Shown: positions 1 to 8,692 of the stretch, in pieces | How positions within the stretch are numbered: position 1 is the stretch's first letter | Layout of the letters: each line of letters begins with the position of its first letter | From: an uncultured bacterium | Lineage (GTDB): Bacteria > Patescibacteriota > Minisyncoccia > Phycocordibacterales > UBA9973 | Assembly: GCA_903892035.1 (NCBI GenBank) | Contig: CAITGV010000001.1 | Span: 291,310-355,309 of the forward strand | DNA: 64,000 bases | Direction of reading: 5' to 3' | Notes under the pieces: model-generated | Told to the model about the DNA's origin: nothing | Database searches by the model: none | What the model saw: the letters and a program-made list of their open reading frames with translations, nothing else | Translations under genes and position numbers: made by a program

Positions 1-494
1 AACAAAATCTTGGTACTGATAGAAAAGAAGCTCAAAATTTTTATGATAATTATTTTGCACAATTTCCAAACATCGCTGGCTACTTGGAAAGCGTAAAAGA
101 ATTTGCTTATAAAACTGGATACACAGAAACACTTTTTGGACGCCGAAGGTATTTCCCAATGCTTAAATCAAAACTACCTTTCTTGCGTGCAAGCGCAGAG
201 CGAATGGCTATCAATGCACCTATTCAGGGGACTGCCGCAGACTGTATAAAGATTGCTATTAAAGATGCCCACAATGCACTAATAAAAGAAAAATTAATTG
301 AAGATGCACGTCTCGTATTGCAAGTTCACGATGAATTGGTTTTTGAAGTAAAGGAGGGTGAAACAGAAAAAGTAAAAAAAATAGTTGAAGATGTAATGAA
401 AAATGTCATACCAAAAGAATTTTTGAAAAATAAAAAAAATGTACCACTTGAAGTTCATATTTCAGAAGGAAGTGACTGGGGTGAGTTGAAATAG
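1..494 (+). CDS. polA: DNA polymerase I, C-terminal fragment (5' end lies outside the window)
   Basis: The frame is open from the window edge. Translation ...YFAQFPNIAGYLESVKEFAYKTGYTETLFGRRRYFPMLKS...INAPIQGTAADCIKIAI...LQVHDELVFEV matches the Pol I family-A palm/fingers region (motif C, HDE). Confidence 0.8.
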   Translation, partial: QNLGTDRKEAQNFYDNYFAQFPNIAGYLESVKEFAYKTGYTETLFGRRRYFPMLKSKLPFLRASAERMAINAPIQGTAADCIKIAIKDAHNALIKEKLIEDARLVLQVHDELVFEVKEGETEKVKKIVEDVMKNVIPKEFLKNKKNVPLEVHISEGSDWGELK

Positions 495-515
495 AAATTG
501 TGTTAAAATAGCCTT

Positions 516-1004
516 ATGGAGCAAAAACATAAAAAAATTAAAGTTCACCACGTCCTAGCATATTCATATATGGTATATTTCGTAGCAGTTTTGGTGGGTA
601 TGACTTTGGCGCATTTTTTACCGTATCAAATTTTTGCAGATAATGTACAGTATTCAAATTACACCGGATTATTTTGTTTATTTTTGGGAACATTGTTAAT
701 CTTTTGGGCGCAAAATGCTTCACGCACCACACACTCACTACGTTCGGGTCACGGTGCAATTCCTCACGAGCATCATTTTCATAAAGGTCCATATAAATAC
801 ACAAGAACTCCAACACACTTAGGGCTCGATCTTTTTCTTCTAGGGTTTGCATTTATTTTTAACTCATTAATTATGGTTTTTGTTGCGATTGCCGTTTTTA
901 TAATTGGAAGAAAATATTTTGTAGCCAAACAAGAGACACTACTTGCTGATATATATGGCATTGAGTATTTAAAATATAAAAAATCTGTGCAAGGTAAAAT
1001 ATAA
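516..1004 (+). CDS. ICMT/PEMT-family membrane methyltransferase
   Basis: Multi-TM protein carrying GPYKYTRTPTHLG, which resembles the GPY.YVRHPMYLG motif of isoprenylcysteine carboxyl methyltransferase-like enzymes. Confidence 0.5.
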   Translation: MEQKHKKIKVHHVLAYSYMVYFVAVLVGMTLAHFLPYQIFADNVQYSNYTGLFCLFLGTLLIFWAQNASRTTHSLRSGHGAIPHEHHFHKGPYKYTRTPTHLGLDLFLLGFAFIFNSLIMVFVAIAVFIIGRKYFVAKQETLLADIYGIEYLKYKKSVQGKI

Positions 1005-1006
1005 AT

Positions 1007-1657
1007 ATGCTTTTCTTTATTTACGGCAACGATAGTATAGCCAAGAAAAAAACTAAAGAACAAATAATGAAGTCTTTCGAAAAAGAAGATACTTCACTTG
1101 TAAATTTTGATGATACAAATATTACAGTGGTAAATATTCAGGAATATATTTTTTCTAACGATCTATTTGGAAAAAAATTTATAGTAATTGTTGATAATGC
1201 TTTTTTAGATGAGGAAGTTGAAGACTTTGCAATAAAAAATGCTAAAGAAATCAAGGATTCAGAAAATATTTTTATATGGAGTGAAATTGCCGATAAGGGT
1301 GAGGGTGTTAAAGCTCTAAAGAAAAATGCTGAAAAATTTTTTGAGCACAAGCTTACAAAAAAAGAGGAAAAGAAATTCAATGTTTTTGCTCTAACAGACG
1401 CATTTGCAAATAGAGATAAAAAGTCTGCGTGGGCACTTTGGCAAGCTTCACTCGCTTCAGGGGCAGCACCTGAGCAACTTCATGGTATTTTGTTTTGGAA
1501 AGTAAAGACTATGCTCGCTACTAATTCAATAGGAAAATTCAAAAAAGAAGAATTAAAAAATATTTCTTCCGAGCTCATAAACCTTTTTCACAAAAGCCGA
1601 ACAACAGGTTTTGAACTTGAAACACTCCTCGAGCAGTTTATTCTTGAAACGTTATAA
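1007..1657 (+). CDS. holA: DNA polymerase III delta subunit-like protein (short)
   Basis: The N-terminal pattern (FIYGNDS...KKFIVIVDNAF) resembles the HolA clamp-loader delta N-domain. At 216 aa it is shorter than canonical HolA. Confidence 0.3.
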   Translation: MLFFIYGNDSIAKKKTKEQIMKSFEKEDTSLVNFDDTNITVVNIQEYIFSNDLFGKKFIVIVDNAFLDEEVEDFAIKNAKEIKDSENIFIWSEIADKGEGVKALKKNAEKFFEHKLTKKEEKKFNVFALTDAFANRDKKSAWALWQASLASGAAPEQLHGILFWKVKTMLATNSIGKFKKEELKNISSELINLFHKSRTTGFELETLLEQFILETL

Positions 1658-1659
1658 AA

Positions 1660-1753
1660 TTTAAAAGAAAAGAAACATAGTAATTTTTTCCGCTTAACCC
1701 TCTCTACGGGGGCTCCGACACATCAAAAATTTCTATGTTTCTTTTCTTTTAAA
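1660..1753. repeat. perfect 21-bp inverted repeat (1660-1680 / 1733-1753) flanking a 52-bp core
   Basis: ttaaaagaaaagaaacatag... is mirrored exactly by ...ctatgtttcttttcttttaa, starting immediately after the stop codon of the upstream gene. Confidence 0.6.
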
Positions 1754-1760
1754 CACAAGC

Positions 1761-1815
1761 AAAAAGGCCTCAACCGTTGTCTACGATTTCTCGTGGATAA
1801 TGGCTGAGGCCTTTT
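1761..1815. terminator. large stem-loop with an A-tract before and a T-tract after (bidirectional terminator-like)
   Basis: aaaaaggcctcaacc ... ggctgaggcctttt forms a 9+2 bp stem with a ~28-nt loop, lying between convergent genes. Confidence 0.4.
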
Positions 1816-1977
1816 ACTAAATAAAAACAAAGAACATAAATACAAGGAACAAAAAATGAGAAATTAATTTAATGATAATTTTTTTCTCGCGTAGTCTAAC
1901 CTATATTTCCCTAAACGGGTAGTCTTGGGTCGACTGTCAAAATTCTGTATATATTATAGCAGATAAAAAATACTCTT

Positions 1978-2529
1978 CTAGTTTGTCGTGTGGATAACCC
2001 TTGCTTTTGCAAAAAGTATTGAAGCCAAAAGTACAAAAATACTAAGCACCATAAAGGGAATTGAGACAAAACCAAATAGAAAGACATATCGAGTTAAGCA
2101 TGATACTCCACCAGCTGAGCATGGAATAGGGGCGGATCCGATCATTTCTGTAATGTAATGGTAGGTCCCAAAAATTATTCCCAATATTGTTAAAATTTTT
2201 GTATATCGATACACGAGCTCGTCTTTATGGTAAAGTGCTAAACCATAAAGAAACATTTGAGGGTAAAGAAAAATTCTGGCGTACCAACAAAACATACAAG
2301 GAGGGTAGCCAATAACATTTGAATAAATAAGACTTCCAATTACTCCAACAATAGAAAAAATAAAACCAAGTTTTAAAGAATGTTTTGCAATGAACTGAAC
2401 AAACATTGACTTACGGTCAATCAACACTGCAACAATTATAGAAATGGCGAGTAGAGCCATAAGTATGGAACCAAGTGCTGATATTGTATTGTAAATTTCT
2501 ACAAATGAGCTCATTGCGGTAATGTGCAA
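1978..2529 (-). CDS. disulfide bond formation protein B (DsbB/BdbC family)
   Basis: 4-TM protein with a PCMFCWYAR motif, like the PCVLCWYQR cysteine pair of BdbC/DsbB, and a second Cys pair (PCSAGGVSC). Confidence 0.55.
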   Translation of the reverse strand: MHITAMSSFVEIYNTISALGSILMALLAISIIVAVLIDRKSMFVQFIAKHSLKLGFIFSIVGVIGSLIYSNVIGYPPCMFCWYARIFLYPQMFLYGLALYHKDELVYRYTKILTILGIIFGTYHYITEMIGSAPIPCSAGGVSCLTRYVFLFGFVSIPFMVLSIFVLLASILFAKARVIHTTN

Positions 2530-2912
2530 GATGTTTTATTTGCCAGTGTTTGTAGACTTACTCCAGCTTCACTCTCGACAGGTAAGCGAGTACCGTCAGC
2601 AAGTTCCCATGTTGGGTAGCTTGATACTTTTTTATCTTTACAAATTTGTGTTTGTCCCTGGCCGTCTGGAGTTGAACATTCTACATAAGGAAGGAGGTGG
2701 ACAGAAGTTCCAAACATTGCTTTTTGTTTTTGACAGTGAGGGCACCAAAAAGCTCCATAGAATGTCGCACCTTTATCTTTTAGACATGTTGCGAAAGCAT
2801 CATATTTTCCTGGTGCATCTGGAGTCTTTACGACTTTAATAATAAGACCCATACCGGCTAAAACAACTAATAATATAATAATTACTATGATTTTGTTTTT
2901 ATTGTTTTCCAT
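2511..2912 (-). CDS. membrane-anchored thioredoxin-fold thiol:disulfide oxidoreductase (CPHC)
   Basis: N-terminal TM followed by a thioredoxin-like domain with a WCPHC active site. It overlaps and is co-directional with the DsbB-like gene. Confidence 0.55.
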   Translation of the reverse strand: MENNKNKIIVIIILLVVLAGMGLIIKVVKTPDAPGKYDAFATCLKDKGATFYGAFWCPHCQKQKAMFGTSVHLLPYVECSTPDGQGQTQICKDKKVSSYPTWELADGTRLPVESEAGVSLQTLANKTSCTLPQ

Positions 2913-2919
2913 TTTTTTA

Positions 2920-3861
2920 TTATATCAAAACCCTATTGATGTCACTAATCATATTTTTTGTGTTTTCGGTGACGAGTTTTATAAAGTCTCCTTTTGAAAT
3001 ATTGATATCTGTATATGAATGTATTATTCCTCTAGATGAGTGAACAATTGCACCAAGTGTATCTTCATTGAAACAAGGTTTTGTGTCTGAGGCAGTACCA
3101 CCTTGTGCGCCATAACCTGGAACTAAAATTATTGAATGAGGCATTAATTTTCTTAGTGTTACTGCTTGCTCTGGATAAGTGGCACCTACAACTGCACCCA
3201 CTGAGCTATAACCGTTTTCACCAATTAAATCTTTTCCAAGCTCATTAATTATTTTTGCGACACTTTCAGAAATACTTTCGCCGTTAGAAATTTTATCTTG
3301 AATGTCGCCTGAACCAGAATTACTTGTTTTTGTAAGAATAAATATTCCTTTACCGTATTTTTTACAAGCCTCAACAAAAGGCATCATGCTATCAGCTCCC
3401 ATATAGGGTGATACAGTCACTGCATCTGCATCAAAAGTTTTTCCTAAATAAGTTTCGGCATACGCTTTTGCGGTAGAGCCTATATCATTTCTTTTCGCAT
3501 CTACCACCACAAGTAGCCCTGCCGCTTTTGCGTATTTAATAGTATTTTCAAATGCACGGATTCCCGAAACCCCGTGTACTTCATAAAAAGCTATTTGGAT
3601 TTTTATTGCTGGAACAAGATCCTTTATAGAGTCAATGATTGTTTTATTGAATTCAAAAATTTTATTCTCCGCGTCGCCAGAAAAACAAAGTGGAATTTTT
3701 TCCAATCGAGGGTCAAGACCAATAATACAAGGATTTCCTTTTTTCTTGATTGAATTTAGTAGTCTGTCGGCAAAATTATTCATTTTTGGATTATACACTA
3801 TTTTTAGTGTTTCAAATACTTTGCTGTTCTTTGAATATATAGACCAATAAATACAAAACAC
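2920..3861 (-). CDS. pyrF: orotidine-5'-phosphate decarboxylase, type 2
   Basis: N-terminus ...NPCIIGLDPRLEKIP is the type-2 (long) PyrF motif, and 313 aa fits type 2. Confidence 0.6.
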   Translation of the reverse strand: MFCIYWSIYSKNSKVFETLKIVYNPKMNNFADRLLNSIKKKGNPCIIGLDPRLEKIPLCFSGDAENKIFEFNKTIIDSIKDLVPAIKIQIAFYEVHGVSGIRAFENTIKYAKAAGLLVVVDAKRNDIGSTAKAYAETYLGKTFDADAVTVSPYMGADSMMPFVEACKKYGKGIFILTKTSNSGSGDIQDKISNGESISESVAKIINELGKDLIGENGYSSVGAVVGATYPEQAVTLRKLMPHSIILVPGYGAQGGTASDTKPCFNEDTLGAIVHSSRGIIHSYTDINISKGDFIKLVTENTKNMISDINRVLI

Positions 3862-4508
3862 AATGAAGAAAATACACTCATAAGAGCAATACTTATTTGG
3901 AAAGTATTATCTTGTTCTTGCCCTTTTGATGCAGTGATATCCATACCCAGCACTCCTACGAGTTTTCCTTGATACCATATAGGTGCGTATCCTGAAACCC
4001 AGTCGCCCCAAGAATCAGTGTATGGGCCTTCGGTAAAAGCAATTGCATTTATATAATTTGTAAGTTCAAGTTCTGATGTGTCTTGGTAAACTTGCCCCGG
4101 GGGAGAATAGTCGGGGCTCTGAGGGTTTTCTGAATCAGCCAAAAATACTAGTTTATCTTTTGTATTATTTATGCGCATCAAGTAAACAAAACGAGTATTG
4201 CTGTTGATGTCATGCATATCATAAAGAAATTTCTTTATTCTTGTATATGAATCGGAAGATAAATCATTTTGCGTTCCAGTAAGGTTTGCCACATCTTCTG
4301 CATTTGTAAGGTGAGCTATAGTTTGAACTTTTGTGCCTAATTCGTTGAAGTCAGCCCGGTCAACTTTGTATGCAATATGTTCCAAGAATAAAAAACCACC
4401 CAAAAGTACAATCACAGAAAAAATAAATGCAATCCTAGACCAACGAATTGAATTTCGAAAAAATTTTGCACCTGTGCTCGAAAAATTTTCTTCTTGAATT
4501 GACAACAT
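3804..4508 (-). CDS. hypothetical membrane-anchored extracytoplasmic protein (Cache/PDC-like sensor fold?)
   Basis: N-terminal TM followed by a soluble domain. No catalytic motif was recognised. Confidence 0.3.
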   Translation of the reverse strand: MLSIQEENFSSTGAKFFRNSIRWSRIAFIFSVIVLLGGFLFLEHIAYKVDRADFNELGTKVQTIAHLTNAEDVANLTGTQNDLSSDSYTRIKKFLYDMHDINSNTRFVYLMRINNTKDKLVFLADSENPQSPDYSPPGQVYQDTSELELTNYINAIAFTEGPYTDSWGDWVSGYAPIWYQGKLVGVLGMDITASKGQEQDNTFQISIALMSVFSSLCFVFIGLYIQRTAKYLKH

Positions 4509-4642
4509 GTGAGAAATAAATTATATCACAAATATGATTAAACAATATATAAATAGGGGATATCTGTTACCATAGATGTTGATTTTTTTGTTAAAATATG
4601 TTAATTTTACTTTGTTTTATGAAAAGTTCATAAAAGTTATAT

Positions 4643-4715
4643 GCGCCCGTAGCTCAGCTGGTAGAGCAGCTCCCTTTTAAGGAGATGGTCGCAGGTTCGA
4701 TTCCTGCCGGGCGCA
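4643..4715 (+). tRNA. tRNA-Lys (anticodon TTT)
   Basis: Cloverleaf with a 7-bp acceptor stem (gcgcccg/cgggcgc), anticodon loop cTTTTaa and T-loop ggttcgattcc. Confidence 0.85.
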
Positions 4716-4758
4716 CAAAATTACTTTCTATAAAGTATAACTATGGTATCATTGTGGC

Positions 4759-4980
4759 ATGAATAAAAAAACATTAATTTCACTTTCGATTATTTTAGCC
4801 TTAGTGCTTGTGGTTGTTTCTCTTGTGTATTGGTTTACACCCTCAGGATCATTACCTAAATATATGCCGGGATATGAAATTGGTGGCACAAATATACATT
4901 TTAAACATGGGCTCGCGTCATTGATACTCGCCCTAGGGCTATTTGTCTACGCTTGGTTTAAGAGTGGTCCTAAAAAATAA
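4759..4980 (+). CDS. small hypothetical membrane protein
   Basis: 73 aa with two predicted TM helices. Confidence 0.25.
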   Translation: MNKKTLISLSIILALVLVVVSLVYWFTPSGSLPKYMPGYEIGGTNIHFKHGLASLILALGLFVYAWFKSGPKK

Positions 4981-5824
4981 ATATTATTGAAAGTAGTATT
5001 CCAACGATTGCACAATAAAGTGCAAAGGGTTTTAGTGTTTTTGTTTCAAAATATTTTGTTAGGAACTTTACTGCCAGGTAAGCGGTAGTTGCAGATATTA
5101 TAGATCCAAAAATTATTGGCCCTAATGCATAATTATTTTTACCGATGAGTTCGGGGAGTTTCAATACTGAAGCCGCGAAGATAATTGGAGTAGCCAGTAA
5201 GAAAGAAAAACGCATCGCATCTTCGTGATTTAAGCCAGACAGTAATCCTCCAGAAAATGCAGACCCTGTACGGGAAAATCCCGGTATCAGTGCCAAGGTT
5301 TGCATGCAACCTATTTTCAAAGATTGACTCCATGAAAGTTTTAAAATTTTTTCATCTGAATTTGCACTAATTTCTTTTTCTTTAGACTTTTTTCTCAAAA
5401 TCTCAGCACTGTATAATAGTAAGCCGTTGAAAAATAAAAATATAGAAACATAAATTGGTGTAGCAAAAATGGATTTTATTTTTTGTTCAAAAAGGAGACC
5501 AAGTATACCTGCTGGTATTGTGCCTATCACAAGTAGCCAGCCAATTTTTTCATATTTATCACTCTGATTTATCTCTCGATTTTTAAGCGAGCGAAACATT
5601 CCTTTGATAATTTTTACCCAGTCTTTCCAGTATAAGCCTAGCAATACTAGGGCTGTGGCGAAATGAGTGGATACAATAAAAATTAAAAAATAATTATTAC
5701 CCTCATCTATATTCCAGCCTAAAACATGAGGCAAAAGTACACTATGACCCAAACTCGAAATAGGAAAAAGTTCCGTAAAACCCTGCAAACCGCCCATAAT
5801 TAATGCCTGAAAATATGTAAGCAT
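4970..5824 (-). CDS. uppP: undecaprenyl-diphosphatase
   Basis: ...FTELFPISSLGHSVL... is the BacA/UppP signature, and the protein has 8 TMs. Confidence 0.8.
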   Translation of the reverse strand: MLTYFQALIMGGLQGFTELFPISSLGHSVLLPHVLGWNIDEGNNYFLIFIVSTHFATALVLLGLYWKDWVKIIKGMFRSLKNREINQSDKYEKIGWLLVIGTIPAGILGLLFEQKIKSIFATPIYVSIFLFFNGLLLYSAEILRKKSKEKEISANSDEKILKLSWSQSLKIGCMQTLALIPGFSRTGSAFSGGLLSGLNHEDAMRFSFLLATPIIFAASVLKLPELIGKNNYALGPIIFGSIISATTAYLAVKFLTKYFETKTLKPFALYCAIVGILLSIIFIF

Positions 5825-6325
5825 TTGTGTAGTATACTAAATATGATGACTAAGACAAAAAATGCTGTTTTGATTTTGCTTGATATTCGCAGTGCGCATA
5901 ATGTGGGTTCGATATTTCGAACTGCCGATGGGGCGGGGGTGAAAAAAATTTATTTGGTGGGTACGACTCCGACACCTTTGGATAGATTTGGTAGGGCGAG
6001 AAAAGACGTCGCAAAGGTTGCACTTGGGGCAGAAAAAACTGTCGCGTGGGAATACGTAAAAACAATTTCTCCATTAATTACAAAATTAAAGAAAGATGGA
6101 TTTCAAATTATTGCAATTGAACAAGATGAAAAATCAGTGGACTATAAGAAAGTAAAAACAGGGGATAGAGTTGCTTTCATTGTTGGAAGTGAGACTGATG
6201 GAGTACCAAAAAAAGTTTTAGATAAATGTGATTTTGTTGCTGAGATTTCTATGTACGGGGAAAAAGAATCATTAAATGTCGGAGTTGCGACTGGTATCGC
6301 ACTTTTTGGAATATTGAAAATCTAG
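5825..6325 (+). CDS. SpoU/TrmH-family RNA 2'-O-methyltransferase
   Basis: SPOUT fold motifs (HNVGSIFRTADGAGV... IAIEQ...). Confidence 0.65.
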   Translation: MCSILNMMTKTKNAVLILLDIRSAHNVGSIFRTADGAGVKKIYLVGTTPTPLDRFGRARKDVAKVALGAEKTVAWEYVKTISPLITKLKKDGFQIIAIEQDEKSVDYKKVKTGDRVAFIVGSETDGVPKKVLDKCDFVAEISMYGEKESLNVGVATGIALFGILKI

Positions 6326-6486
6326 CGAGTTGGTCCGTAAGTTGGAACTTCTTGAGTCGGGCTTACGATAGGAGAAACAAAAGGACCTTGCTGACTCGAT
6401 CTACTTGGGCCACCTGTCAAAAACCATACTACCCATAGTACGATGATAATAAATATTAACCATTTTAATTCTTGCATTGCGCTCAT
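6322..6486 (-). CDS. small hypothetical membrane protein, possibly translationally coupled to fpg
   Basis: An internal Met (MSAMQELKWLIFIIIVLWVV...) starts 4 nt inside the fpg stop, and one TM follows. Weak call. Confidence 0.2.
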   Translation of the reverse strand: MSAMQELKWLIFIIIVLWVVWFLTGGPSRSSQQGPFVSPIVSPTQEVPTYGPTR

Positions 6487-7427
6487 ATTTTTTTCTGGTG
6501 CACCGAGCAATAATGTGCGCTCCGTCCACCAATTACTTTTCTTATTATAACACCTTTGCAATTTTTTTTGCCACATTTCTCGGAAGCTTTCCTATAGACA
6601 TTGTGGTGATGTTGAAAATTTCCTCGCTCACCGTCCACATTGCGGTAGTCGCTCATCGAGTCCCCACCAAAATCAATTCCTTTATTTAATACTTCCTTCA
6701 TCCCTTCATACAATGTTTTGATTTTTTGTTTTGGGATTTCAGATATTTTTTGCTCAGGATTAATTCCAGCTAACCAAAGCATTTCATCTGAATAAATATT
6801 TCCAATACCTGAAATTAATGTTTGGTCCATCAATATTGTTTTGATAGGTGTATTTCTCTTTTTACTAATACGCTCGATAAATTTTTTCAAAGTAAAATTC
6901 TTATCTAGTGGTTCGGGGCCTAGCATTTTCAAATGACTGGTCTTATGAGCATCATTGGTTGGAATAAGTGTAACCTTGCCAAATTTCCTTGCATCACAAA
7001 AAACCAAATGCTTGTCGTTACTTAATGTAAAAACAACGTGAATAAATCTATTATAAGAGTCATTCAGCGGTCCAGTTTTATCCTTTGGTTCCCATTTAGA
7101 AATTAGTAATTTGTTATTAGAAATTTGCTTTTTGATGTACTCGCCAAAAAGCAGGTGTCCAGTCATTTTCATATGGATGAGTATTGTGTGTCCACCTGAA
7201 ATATTTATTAAAACGTTTTTTGCACGCCTTTCTACTGAAATAATTTTTTTATTTAAAATTAAATCAACAAATTTTTTATAGAAAGGTAAATATTTAATTG
7301 TCTCTTTATAATCTGGTCGAGTAATTTTATTTTTTGGTAAATCACTCCAAACCTCTTTTATAGTAAGGCCAGGTAAAATTTTTGAAAGACCCATCACGGT
7401 CGTTTGTACTTCGGGAAGTTCTGGCAT
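6483..7427 (-). CDS. fpg: formamidopyrimidine-DNA glycosylase (Fpg/Nei family)
   Basis: N-terminal MPELPEVQ (catalytic Pro2/Glu3) and a C-terminal zinc finger C..C...C..H. Confidence 0.75.
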   Translation of the reverse strand: MPELPEVQTTVMGLSKILPGLTIKEVWSDLPKNKITRPDYKETIKYLPFYKKFVDLILNKKIISVERRAKNVLINISGGHTILIHMKMTGHLLFGEYIKKQISNNKLLISKWEPKDKTGPLNDSYNRFIHVVFTLSNDKHLVFCDARKFGKVTLIPTNDAHKTSHLKMLGPEPLDKNFTLKKFIERISKKRNTPIKTILMDQTLISGIGNIYSDEMLWLAGINPEQKISEIPKQKIKTLYEGMKEVLNKGIDFGGDSMSDYRNVDGERGNFQHHHNVYRKASEKCGKKNCKGVIIRKVIGGRSAHYCSVHQKKI

Positions 7428-7428
7428 T

Positions 7429-8004
7429 TTATTTTCCTAAAATTTTTAGAGCTTCTTTGATGCGGGCATTTGTACCAGTTATTTCATTTGAAACTTCTTT
7501 TAGAGCATCGCGAGCTTCGTTTTGAGTGTAACCAAGAGATTTAAGAGCTTCAATGATATCGCTTTCAGCTCTAAGGGTGCCAGAACTATCTTTATGATTT
7601 ACATTTCCTTTTAACTTGTCTCGAAGTTCAAGAACAATTTTTTCTGCAGTCTTGCGACCAATACCTCCGACTTTTGTCAGGTAGTTTGTGTCGCCGGTGC
7701 CAATCGCTTGAGTGAGTGCTTGTGTGGAAGCGACAGCGAGAATTCCAAGAGCTGACTTTGGACCAATACCAGAAACATCGAGTAAAAGTTCAAAAAAAGA
7801 TAATTCATCAGTTGTCGTAAAACCATAAAGATCTAAAGAATTTTCTCGCACAGCTAAATATGTGAAAAATGAAATATTTTTTTCTTCAGTGACTTTTGCA
7901 ATAGTGTCTGGTGTTGTAAAAACTTTATATCCAAGGCCTCCCACTCCCACAACGACATATTTTTCCCCAATATTCTCTATAATACCTGTAACTTTTGAAA
8001 TCAT
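7429..8004 (-). CDS. ruvA: Holliday junction DNA helicase RuvA
   Basis: MISKVTGIIE...VVGVGGLGYKV..., HhH motifs and a C-terminal domain. Confidence 0.8.
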   Translation of the reverse strand: MISKVTGIIENIGEKYVVVGVGGLGYKVFTTPDTIAKVTEEKNISFFTYLAVRENSLDLYGFTTTDELSFFELLLDVSGIGPKSALGILAVASTQALTQAIGTGDTNYLTKVGGIGRKTAEKIVLELRDKLKGNVNHKDSSGTLRAESDIIEALKSLGYTQNEARDALKEVSNEITGTNARIKEALKILGK

Positions 8005-8023
8005 TACTTAATAATAGCAGATA

Positions 8024-8052
8024 TTGCGCAACTCGGGTATTTCTGCTATAGT
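8024..8052 (+). promoter_or_regulatory. putative sigma70-like promoter for rpsT (TTGCGC-17-TATAGT), near-leaderless
   Basis: Spacing and hexamers read from the sequence. The predicted TSS is only ~6 nt upstream of the ATG. Confidence 0.3.
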
Positions 8053-8058
8053 AGCCAA

Positions 8059-8313
8059 ATGCCAATTACATCATCAGCAAAAAAAGCACTTCGCGGTTCA
8101 AAGCGCAAGAAGTCTTATAATGATAAAACAAAAAAGCAGGTCAAAGAAGCTACAAAAGCAATTGAAAAGCTTCTAAAAGACGGAAAGAAAGATGAAGCAA
8201 AAAAAGCTATTTCTACTGCTTATTCTGTTATCGATAAAGCTTCAAAGCGTGGAGTTCTAAAGAAAAATACTGCTGCTCGCAAGAAAGCTCGCCTTTCAAA
8301 GATTACTAAGTAG
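8059..8313 (+). CDS. rpsT: 30S ribosomal protein S20
   Basis: Lys/Ala-rich 84-aa protein (MPITSSAKKALR...). Confidence 0.85.
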   Translation: MPITSSAKKALRGSKRKKSYNDKTKKQVKEATKAIEKLLKDGKKDEAKKAISTAYSVIDKASKRGVLKKNTAARKKARLSKITK

Positions 8314-8418
8314 TTTATTTCTACGCTCATAAAAAATGCTTTTTAAAAAGTCCTCGGATCTCCTCGTCTACGACAAGGCCAGACATTTTTAAAAAGTATT
8401 TTTTATTCACTACGCTTC

Positions 8419-8691
8419 ATGTCACTAATAAACTTTTATGGAACAGAATGCCCTCATTGCATAAAGATGCATGAGTTTTTAGACCGTTTGGAAAAAGAAG
8501 AGGGAATAAAGGTGGAAAAAGTTGAAGTTTGGCACAATGAGGAAAATATGAAAAAACTTGAAGCTCTCGACAAAGAAAATGAATGCGGTGGAGTTCCGTT
8601 TTTTGTAAATACTGAAACAGGCGGAAGCATTTGTGGTGAAGCTACATATAAAGAAATAAAAGATTGGGCACAGGGAAAAGTTGTAAAATAA
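8419..8691 (+). CDS. glutaredoxin/thioredoxin-like small redox protein (CPHC)
   Basis: 90 aa with an N-terminal CPHC and a downstream GGVPFF redoxin motif. Confidence 0.55.
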   Translation: MSLINFYGTECPHCIKMHEFLDRLEKEEGIKVEKVEVWHNEENMKKLEALDKENECGGVPFFVNTETGGSICGEATYKEIKDWAQGKVVK

Positions 8692-8692
8692 A

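Noticed and set aside
8314-8418. Recurring TCTACG/GTCTACGA-like words (also at 1707 and 1783) as a candidate regulatory motif.
   Set aside because: There are too few copies, and they are too short, to separate from chance in AT-rich DNA.
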